NCBI GenBank assembly: GCA_021432655.1 | Contig: MU271334.1 | Span: forward strand, 62,001-87,688 | DNA from: Atractiella rhizophila | Lineage: Eukaryota | Length of the DNA: 25,688 nt | Reading direction: 5' to 3' | Program-made: the position numbers and the translations under genes | Shown here: positions 12,049 through 19,774 of the stretch, piece after piece | How positions within the stretch are numbered: the stretch's first letter is position 1 | Layout of the letters: each line of letters opens with the position of its first letter | The notes under the pieces: generated by a model | What the model was told of the DNA's origin: nothing | What the model saw: only the letters and a program-made list of their open reading frames with translations | Database searches by the model: none

Positions 12049-12543
12049 TGTTAGAATTGGTGGTTTTTATTAGACGTTCTTATATGTTTCTTCCTCTTTG
12101 TCTTATTGTTGTAACGCGTCTTCCATATTTGTACGTGATTGCGGAGTTTTGTGGTGTTTGTTTTATGTGGGCACTTCGCCACTTTGCCGGGACTATAAAA
12201 GACTTATCCTGTTTTCTTCAAATCTTTTCCCCAATCGATTTGCTTGTCATTTCACTGCTTACACTCGATTGGGGAAACCAGGTATGTTCATTACTTTATT
12301 CACTTGAAATACCAAATCGATTTGCTTGTCATTTCACTGCTTACACTCAATTGGGGAAACCAGGTATGTTCATTACTTTATTCACTTGAAATACGAATCG
12401 ATTTGCTTGTCATTTCACTGCTTACACTCGATTGGGGAAACCAGGTATGTTCATTACTTTATTCACTTGAAATACAAATCGATTTGCTTGTCATTTCACT
12501 GCTTACACTCGATTGGGGAAACCAGAGCAAATCCTTTCTCTTT
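12049..12543 (+). repeat. 5' LTR of the copia element (495 bp) with ~3.6 copies of an 81-82 bp unit
   Basis: Starts TGTTAGAATT, ends CTTTCTCTTT; unit starts at 12233, 12315, 12396 and 12477. Confidence 0.96.
12194..12200 (+). promoter_or_regulatory. Candidate TATA box of the copia LTR
   Basis: TATAAAA 39 nt upstream of the first repeat unit; same motif in the 3' LTR. Confidence 0.6.
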
Positions 12544-12555
12544 TGGTAGCGAGAG
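12544..12555 (+). other. Primer-binding site TGGTAGCGAGAG (probably initiator tRNA-Met)
   Basis: Directly follows the 5' LTR; TGG complements tRNA CCA; the first 8 nt equal the yeast Ty1 PBS start TGGTAGCG. Confidence 0.75.
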
Positions 12556-12597
12556 AGTGTTGCGAACAGCGACATCGAAGAGAAATCTGCGCGCGAA

Positions 12598-15500
12598 ATG
12601 TCACGACAAGAGCCCACCACTCCTGAAAATCAAACGAGAGCTGCGAACGATACACCTCAACCTCCGTCTCGTGCCCCTCCTCCTAGAAGTACGGTTACTC
12701 CTCCCCTCATCGATCCCTCATCATTCTCCATTCCACTCTCTCTCTCAAACAGTGGCAGAAGTGGGGAAATGTCGGTGAATGGCGCGATTCAAAGCCTCCT
12801 CGCGAACGATCCCATTCCTGAACTTGATTACAACAACGCGAAGATATTTTTCAAGCTCATCGATCAAGCGTTTAGAGCATATGGTGTTGCGTTGGTTACC
12901 GAAGGCGTTCTTACGGAGCCGATAAATCCTAAGACAGGAATCACGCTGACCGAACAAAGGAGGATCATGCAATCTGGAGGTACCATCAGCATCAGGGAAG
13001 CAACGGAGGAGAGAATCGAAGCGTATATGAGGGCGCTTACGGTTTATCAGCAAAAAGCTGCAATTGCGATGGCGTTATTGAGGAAAGCTGTGGGAAATAC
13101 GGCAAAAGTCTTTATCGAAGGAACCAAAGATCCTGTCAATGCTATGAAGATTCTCAAGCAAAAATTCGATACAACGCAGTATATCGACGTGGCTCACCTG
13201 CTCAAGGAACTCCTCGATTTCGTCTTCCCTGCCAGTGGACTCTCTCTCTCCGATTGGATTGCGAAGTTGCACGAAAAACGTAGACACTTCAACGAAGCGC
13301 AGTCAACTATTCAGATTTCGGACGCTTTTCTCTCCTTGATCCTTATCAACGGTCTTGATGAGCCTCTCCGGAGATGGCTTTCCTCTACCGGGGTGACACA
13401 AACGGATCTCGCGACCGTTGTGCAGAAGCTTACAGCAGAGGAGCAAGCCAGGAAGAACAGGGGAGGGAGCATGGAAGATGCGGGATTGTCACTATTTGCA
13501 AGGATGGAGGGTCAACAAAAGCAGAACAGCACTCCCAAGAAGTCCAACTCCGCTAGCCTGGCCGCGCGAATCTCCTCTCCGAACAAATCTGGCACTAGAA
13601 CTCCAACGAAGCCTGCTGCGTCAACGTCGCGATCTCCTCCTGTTACACCTCTCATCAACAGGATCGCTCCAAACGCGCGAGCACTCAAGAACTGGGGAGA
13701 ATGGCCACATGGCACTTCCCCCAAGGGTTTCTTTCGTATTGGACTTAACCAGTGCTACCATTGTGGACAAGAGGGACACTGGGGAAGAGAGTGTACCTTG
13801 CCTAAGCACCAACAGATTGATTCCCTCGTACGAGAATTCAAAAAGTTCAACATCGATCTACCTCGAGCAAACGCCAACGCTTTCCTCATCAAGGTCTTCG
13901 ATGAAGGAAACGCTCCTGCGATTTTTGCTGAAGATATCAATCCAGAGACTCAACGTCCTTATTTCGAAGAACCAGATGTCATCTCGAGCTATGACAATCA
14001 TTCTCAAGACGTGAATTCTGCGCACTACGTCATACACACCTCTGATGGCAAGATGGACGAAACGTTTGTAGCTGGGGACTTTGGGGCGTATCTGGCGATG
14101 GTGAATGACGATGATACCTTGGAGCAGGGAGATGAATTGGAACCTCTCATTCAAGAACCAGCTTTCGAGATTTTTACGAAACAAGACAACTTCTGGACAG
14201 AGGATGTTAGAGAGTTGGAAATCGTTCATGCCCTTTCTGCTTTCGCCGCGCAGCTTCAAGATGAAGACCAGGTTATCCGTGTTGCAGGAGCGTCAAACTA
14301 TCTCGACGACTTCCTCGCCACGATGGAAACCAGAGACAGGAAGGATGTCGAAGGCTTGAGTGCTGAGCATAAGATTGTTCAAGATGGCCTCAAGCAGAAG
14401 TTGAAGGATGTCGTCGATTACGTGTTGAAGAACCTCTCGCCTGCCACTCTCAGCGTTCCACCCCAGTTGGAACGAAGGGGTGATAGTGGTCAGGGAGAAG
14501 GTGGTTTAGGGGAGTCGATGGTGGTGCCATCGCTCTCCAGCAGCTCGAATCACGGAAAGGAGCAAGATGATCTCAAACTGGGTGGTACTGTCCAAAACGC
14601 ATTCGTAGTGTCTCCCGTAAATCTTTCGATGGATCACGTTCCCGTCCACCCTCCTACGAATCCAGATGCGAAGCAGGAACGATTTCACCTTGATTCTGGC
14701 GCCTCTATTCATCTTACGGATTCTCAGAGGTTACTTCACAACTATCGAGAACTCCAGGTGCCCATCGCGATCACTGGAGTTTTCGGTTCGACTGGTTATG
14801 CTGTCGGAGTGGGAGACTTGAGACCAGTTTTTCAAGCATGGAACGGGTTGATCCACTCTGGGACGATTAGAAACGTATTCTACGCACCCCAGCTCGGAGT
14901 AAACCTCATCTCCTCGAGAATCTTGATGAAGTCTGGAGTAAAGTTTACCAACGACACTAGAACCGTGTACCTAGCTGGAAGAGACGATAAAGTGTTCGGG
15001 ACTTGCGAAATAGGTCACAAACTTATCACCCTTCAGGCGAGTTTCATCCCAGCCTCTCCCTCGTCCCCTCGACCAAATGCTTCTCTAAATGCTTTCCCTG
15101 CAGTATCAATGCGTACCTGGCACCTCCGTCTAGGACATCCCGGAATGGATAGGCTTAAGCAAGCCATAAAGGATGGATTGGTTTTGGATTCTCAAATAAA
15201 GTCTTGCAATGAGAACGAAGTTCAACAGTGCGTTGTATGTGCGAAAGGGAAAGCACGTTACGATAAGAGCAAGACGCCTGAAAAGGACAGAGAAAGCGTT
15301 GTGGGAAGGACTTTTGGTTTCGATACTTGGGGACCGGCTTCAGTGAGGAGCATCCAAGGATATCACTATGGTTATGGGGCAATCGATGAAGCATCGCGAT
15401 TCATGGTCATCGGAGGGATGAAATCGAAGTCAGAAGCCCCTGAGAAAATAGAAGATACGAGGGCTTTCATTAAAAGGGAGAAAAATCAGGACGTGTGCAT

Positions 15501-18303
15501 AATCAGGCACGATAGAGCGATGGAATTCACTTCAAAGGCAGTTGAAGAGTGGAAAAAGAAGCACAACATCACATCGATGAGAACGCTTCCGTATGCGCAT
15601 GAACAAGGGGGGCTCTGGGAACGTCAGTGGTACACACTCCTGAATATCACGCGTTGTCTCCTCATTCAGTCTGGGCTCCCGTTATCGTTTTGGTACGAAG
15701 CAATCAAAGTTGCAGTAAAGCTACGGAACATAATGCCAACGAAGGGAAATAAGGATGGAAAGTCAGCGTATGAGGTGTTCTACGGCAAGAAACCGGACAC
15801 GACGCATCTAAGGACATTCGGTTGTCTTGCTGCTGTGACTATAATGCCAGAAAAAAGGGGATCGAAACTATCGCCAAGGGCGAAGTTGATGTACTTTGTC
15901 GGATACGTCTCAGACGGATACGGGTGGCGTTTTTGGGACCCAGAAGGAGGCCCAACAAAGATTGTTGAGAGTCGATCCGCGAAGTTCTTCGAAGATAAGT
16001 TCTATGAGAAGAGGTCAGAACAAGACCAGGAAATTTTGAGGAAGATGAGTACGGACGGTCTCCTTTTGTTATCGCCGCCACATGGAGATGATGAAGACGA
16101 GGATGACGATGACGGAGTACTGGAAGAGGAGTTGGATGGACCTCATGTAACACGATCAACCGAGGAACGGGAATGGAAACCACGAACCGTTGATTTTTCA
16201 AGCAGGCCGTCTCCATCTCCACCACCCTCTCCCTCTCCCGTACCAAGGTCCACTCTGTCCATAGATCAGAACACATCGCCCCCGGAGTTCACCCACTCGT
16301 CGAATTCATCTCGAGTTCCCGCACCCAGGAACGTCCGACATATGGTGACCGCTTTTGAACAGAATCTAGAGAGAGAACGCCAGCACGCGAAGGAAACTGA
16401 AATCTTCACACCAATGAAGAATGCCTTGAGGAGGGGGTTACGTAGAAAGGAGAGGAGGGACTACCGACAAATGCATGAGAAAGGACTGTGTACGATAGCT
16501 GAGGGAGATTTAGCTGTTGAAGACCTCCTCCGAGGAGTGACAACGGCAAAATCGGATGGTGGGACTCATGCCCTTCTTGCGCGCATCTCGGAGGGACCGT
16601 ATCACTTCCTAATCCCTGACGAAGATGACGATGAAGAGTTTGAGGTTTATTGGACCGGAAATCTTGATGAGCCATCGTATGCGCAGGCAATGGCAGGGGC
16701 GGATGCTGAAAAATGGAGGATGGCTATGGATACAGAGATGGCGGCGTTAGATGCGATGGGGACATGGAGAAGGAAATGCATTGAACTGCCGTCAGGTCGT
16801 AAGGCGTTGGGAGTAAAGTGGGTGTTGTTGATCAAACGAGAACCGGATGGGACGGTGCGAAAGTACAAAGCGAGACTGGTGGTGCGGGGAGATCAGCAGA
16901 CAGAAGGGGTCGACTATGCGGAAACTTGGTCACCTACCGTGCGGATGACATCCCTTCAAGCGATAATGGCACTATCTGCTGTGCTCAAACTCCACCGTCG
17001 TCAGTTCGATATTGGCAATGCATTCCTCAATGGGAAGTTAGACGAAGAGGTCTACGTAAGACAGGCGCCTGGATACACTGACCCATCCAATCCGAAAGCA
17101 GTGCATCAGCTCTCGAAGGCCCTGTATGGACTGTGTCAAGCTGGCAGACAATTTAATATCGATCTTCATGAAAAACTTACCAACATCGGTTTCCGTAGGA
17201 CCGAATCCGATCACGGCGTATACACGCTATCTCGTGGAAAGGATTTTATCTTCCTGTGCCTCCACGTCGATGATGGATTATTGGTGTCCACCGACGAAAA
17301 ATTAATCGATAACATCTTGGACAACTTGCGAAAACACTACAAGGTCGAATCCGGTGAGGCAAAGCTGTTTCTGGGGATTGAATTGGAGGGGGACGAAGGA
17401 AGGGGGTTGTTAAAAGCGCATCAAAGGGGGTATGCGAAGAGGCTGGTCGAGCGTTACCTAGGGACGCAGGTGTCACCAGTGAGGATGCCAGTCGATTACG
17501 GGAAACGGCTTACCCCAGATTTGTCACCGAAATCAGAGGTTGAACGGGAATCCATGAAGCATGTCCCTTATCGCGAAGCCGTGGGAGCGCTCATTTATCT
17601 CACGACTTGTACTCGTCCGGATATCGCATTCGCTGTTGCAGATGTCGCTCGATATTGTGCGGACCCTGGGGTGCAACACTGGTTAGCTGTGAAGCGAATA
17701 CTTCGTTACATAGCGGGGACTTACGACTACGGGCTTCATTTTGACGGATATCAACACTCCAGCACGGCATTCGACGCCTATGTGGACGCGGATCATGGGG
17801 CAGACCCTTCCACCAGGAGGTCTGTTTCCGGTGTCCTCTTTCGCCTAGGGGGATCCGCAATTTCTTGGATTTCGAAACGGCAGCTGAGCGTAGCAATTTC
17901 GTCCACCGAGGCGGAGTATATTGCAATGTCATTGGCTACACGCGAGGCCGTATGGCTACGTCGTTTGTTTTTCGAGTTAGGATTTAGTCAAGAGGGACCT
18001 ACCTTGATCAGGGGTGATAACCAGGGTGCAATTACTCTCGCTTCGCACCCGGTTGCTCATGGAAGAACAAAACACATTGAAGTCCACTATCATTACACTA
18101 GAGAAAAGGTGTTAGACCAGTCCGTCCTCTTGAAATGGATTCCTACCAGGCAACAATTGGCGGACATCCTCACAAAAGGCCTGGCGGCGAACCTGCAGCT
18201 TCGTTTCTGTTTCCAGATTGGCTTGTTGGGAGACTCTGCAAGCGTGGAGTTCCTCGATCGGGACGTGGATGGACTTGGAGGAAATGGAGCAGTGTCGAAG
18301 TGA
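12598..18303 (+). CDS. Copia Gag-Pol polyprotein, single ORF, 1901 aa
   Basis: Zinc knuckle CYHCGQEGHWGREC; protease LDSGAS; WHLRLGH...CVVC; integrase FDTWGP / RHDRAMEF / LWER; RT KYKARLVVRG, FDIGNAFLNG, ALYGLCQA, HVDD; RNase H YVDADH, TEAEY, DNQGA, LADILTK. Confidence 0.98.
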   Translation: MSRQEPTTPENQTRAANDTPQPPSRAPPPRSTVTPPLIDPSSFSIPLSLSNSGRSGEMSVNGAIQSLLANDPIPELDYNNAKIFFKLIDQAFRAYGVALVTEGVLTEPINPKTGITLTEQRRIMQSGGTISIREATEERIEAYMRALTVYQQKAAIAMALLRKAVGNTAKVFIEGTKDPVNAMKILKQKFDTTQYIDVAHLLKELLDFVFPASGLSLSDWIAKLHEKRRHFNEAQSTIQISDAFLSLILINGLDEPLRRWLSSTGVTQTDLATVVQKLTAEEQARKNRGGSMEDAGLSLFARMEGQQKQNSTPKKSNSASLAARISSPNKSGTRTPTKPAASTSRSPPVTPLINRIAPNARALKNWGEWPHGTSPKGFFRIGLNQCYHCGQEGHWGRECTLPKHQQIDSLVREFKKFNIDLPRANANAFLIKVFDEGNAPAIFAEDINPETQRPYFEEPDVISSYDNHSQDVNSAHYVIHTSDGKMDETFVAGDFGAYLAMVNDDDTLEQGDELEPLIQEPAFEIFTKQDNFWTEDVRELEIVHALSAFAAQLQDEDQVIRVAGASNYLDDFLATMETRDRKDVEGLSAEHKIVQDGLKQKLKDVVDYVLKNLSPATLSVPPQLERRGDSGQGEGGLGESMVVPSLSSSSNHGKEQDDLKLGGTVQNAFVVSPVNLSMDHVPVHPPTNPDAKQERFHLDSGASIHLTDSQRLLHNYRELQVPIAITGVFGSTGYAVGVGDLRPVFQAWNGLIHSGTIRNVFYAPQLGVNLISSRILMKSGVKFTNDTRTVYLAGRDDKVFGTCEIGHKLITLQASFIPASPSSPRPNASLNAFPAVSMRTWHLRLGHPGMDRLKQAIKDGLVLDSQIKSCNENEVQQCVVCAKGKARYDKSKTPEKDRESVVGRTFGFDTWGPASVRSIQGYHYGYGAIDEASRFMVIGGMKSKSEAPEKIEDTRAFIKREKNQDVCIIRHDRAMEFTSKAVEEWKKKHNITSMRTLPYAHEQGGLWERQWYTLLNITRCLLIQSGLPLSFWYEAIKVAVKLRNIMPTKGNKDGKSAYEVFYGKKPDTTHLRTFGCLAAVTIMPEKRGSKLSPRAKLMYFVGYVSDGYGWRFWDPEGGPTKIVESRSAKFFEDKFYEKRSEQDQEILRKMSTDGLLLLSPPHGDDEDEDDDDGVLEEELDGPHVTRSTEEREWKPRTVDFSSRPSPSPPPSPSPVPRSTLSIDQNTSPPEFTHSSNSSRVPAPRNVRHMVTAFEQNLERERQHAKETEIFTPMKNALRRGLRRKERRDYRQMHEKGLCTIAEGDLAVEDLLRGVTTAKSDGGTHALLARISEGPYHFLIPDEDDDEEFEVYWTGNLDEPSYAQAMAGADAEKWRMAMDTEMAALDAMGTWRRKCIELPSGRKALGVKWVLLIKREPDGTVRKYKARLVVRGDQQTEGVDYAETWSPTVRMTSLQAIMALSAVLKLHRRQFDIGNAFLNGKLDEEVYVRQAPGYTDPSNPKAVHQLSKALYGLCQAGRQFNIDLHEKLTNIGFRRTESDHGVYTLSRGKDFIFLCLHVDDGLLVSTDEKLIDNILDNLRKHYKVESGEAKLFLGIELEGDEGRGLLKAHQRGYAKRLVERYLGTQVSPVRMPVDYGKRLTPDLSPKSEVERESMKHVPYREAVGALIYLTTCTRPDIAFAVADVARYCADPGVQHWLAVKRILRYIAGTYDYGLHFDGYQHSSTAFDAYVDADHGADPSTRRSVSGVLFRLGGSAISWISKRQLSVAISSTEAEYIAMSLATREAVWLRRLFFELGFSQEGPTLIRGDNQGAITLASHPVAHGRTKHIEVHYHYTREKVLDQSVLLKWIPTRQQLADILTKGLAANLQLRFCFQIGLLGDSASVEFLDRDVDGLGGNGAVSK

Positions 18304-18310
18304 AGGGGGG
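18297..18310 (+). other. Polypurine tract
   Basis: GAAGTGAAGGGGGG immediately before the 3' LTR, overlapping the pol stop codon. Confidence 0.85.
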
Positions 18311-18642
18311 TGTTAGAATTGGTGGTTTTTATTAGACGTTCTTATATGTTTCTTCCTCTTTGTCTTATTGTTGTAACGCGTCTTCCATATTTGTACGTGA
18401 TTGCGGAGTTTTGTGGTGTTTGTTTTATGTGGGCACTTCGCCACTTTGCCGGGACTATAAAAGACTTATCCTGTTTTCTTCAAATCTTTTCCCCAATCGA
18501 TTTGCTTGTCATTTCACTGCTTACACTCGATTGGGGAAACCAGGTATGTTCATTACTTTATTCACTTGAAATACAAATCGATTTGCTTGTCATTTCACTG
18601 CTTACACTCGATTGGGGAAACCAGAGCAAATCCTTTCTCTTT
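18311..18642 (+). repeat. 3' LTR of the copia element (332 bp) with ~1.6 copies of the 81 bp unit
   Basis: Equals the 5' LTR minus 163 bp (82+81); units start at 18495 and 18576. Confidence 0.96.
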
Positions 18643-18947
18643 CGCTGGATTTGACTTCTTGAAAGATGGGGATTTTATTCCTGTGCTCACATTCACAATG
18701 AACACATCGAAGACGCTGCTGAACAAAGCGGTGGATGAAGTATATGTGCAGAGAGGAAAGAATGTGTTTGGAATAAAGGAGGATCCTCAATGGTATTGTC
18801 ACCCCTGTACCAATGCTAACCCTTCCATATCCTCACATGCAGCATATTGTCCTCTTCCTCATCATGAGCCTCACACAGAATGTCTTCGAAGTTAATGCTG
18901 TAAGTCTTGTTGCAGGAATGTGTCTTTGTGCAACCCAGGGGAGATGA

Positions 18948-19426
18948 TGTTATGGCAGGCACTATGTGTGGTTGCCGGCAGGGCGATGCATCTGTAGTGG
19001 AGATAAACCTAAGTGATATATGCCATGAGAAGACTAACCTGTAGTGGAGATAAACCTAAGAGAATACTCTAAGGTCACCACCACTACATCTTGATGTATA
19101 TATACATATGTAATGGCACCATCACAAACTGTAAAATGTATCTCTTGAAACATGTGGAATATCTAGATCAGGAAAGTAACAAAGGGAATAGCCAGAAATA
19201 AGATATACTAAGTAGGACGAATGAGAAAGGACATCAAGACAAAAATGGTGATGGTGCAGACCGGCGAAAAGTATAAGGTTTACTGAGCAGCGACTTGTGT
19301 GAGTAGAGGGAAGGCGGTGGAGAGTGTGGGAGTATGCAAAGCGGCGACGAGTAGACACGTGACTCTATGAGTAGGTCACGTGACTTGGATTGGTGCATTT
19401 CAGTAATGTGCGGGGCAAGTCTGACA
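18948..19426 (-). mobile_element. Solo LTR B (479 bp), related to solo LTR A, opposite orientation
   Basis: On the minus strand it starts TGTCAGACTTGC (A: TGTCAGGTTTGC) and ends CATAACA; flanks GATGA (18943-18947) and GTTGA (19427-19431), 4/5 match; TATATATA at 19097-19104; 22-nt repeat at 18992-19013 and 19039-19060. Confidence 0.78.
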
Positions 19427-19578
19427 GTTGATAAGGTAGCTATAGATTGAATGACCTTTTGGCTCAAGAGTGAGCAGCAAATAGGATAGTCAGGGGTCGG
19501 TGGGTGGTCAAAGGGCTTGATGAAGTGGACTGGTATGTGGTGTTCTTGTCTCATACTCTTCGAAAGATTTCTTGATGA

Positions 19579-19774
19579 TGTGAGAGGCTCGTTCGGCTCT
19601 GCTCTAGATGGTGAACAACCACTCTCAGGATGCATTGCAGGACCTACCTGCTCTAGATGGTGAACAACCACTAGAGCAGGAGAGGAGGAAGTGTACTACA
19701 TAGCGGGGCAAAGTGGGGCAAAGCACGAAGACAACGGTGGGCGGTGTGGTGAGTGCCATGCTCCCACTCTCACA
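19579..19774 (-). mobile_element. Solo LTR C (196 bp), different family
   Basis: Perfect 8-bp terminal inverted repeat TGTGAGAG/CTCTCACA; perfect TSD GATGA (19574-19578, 19775-19779); 25-nt direct repeat at 19599-19623 and 19648-19672. Orientation inferred from the splice-like signals. Confidence 0.82.

Larger units (their letters stand above)
12049..18642 (+). mobile_element. Full-length Ty1/copia LTR retrotransposon, recent insertion
   Basis: Two LTRs identical by eye apart from repeat copy number; TSD CGCTG at 12044-12048 and 18643-18647; PBS, PPT and an intact gag-pol ORF in copia order PR-IN-RT-RH. Confidence 0.98.

Noticed and set aside
12233..12525. Repeat-spacer pattern resembling a CRISPR array
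   Set aside because: Spacers are near-identical, the context is a eukaryotic LTR and there are no cas genes.
12048..12778. Short ORFs over the LTRs (also 18310-18895)
   Set aside because: Products of T-rich LTR sequence and the 81-bp (3n) repeat; no protein features.
17263..17274. HVDD instead of YVDD in reverse transcriptase as a sign of inactivity
   Set aside because: Both catalytic Asp residues are intact and, to my knowledge, HVDD occurs in other fungal copia elements.
19013..19044. Plus-strand mini-intron GTGATA...ACTAAC.CTGTAG
   Set aside because: Only 32 nt, below the intron sizes seen in intact genes here; ACTAAC is simply the reverse complement of the GTTAGT donor.
11778..19106. 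~150-bp inverted repeat flanking the copia, read as TIRs of a MITE or DNA transposon
   Set aside because: Each copy belongs to a separate TG..CA element with its own TSD (solo LTRs A and B in opposite orientation), and no TSD flanks the supposed TIR pair.
19647..19700. Hairpin read as a Helitron 3' end
   Set aside because: No CTRR terminus at the expected distance, and it lies within a TSD-flanked TG..CA element.
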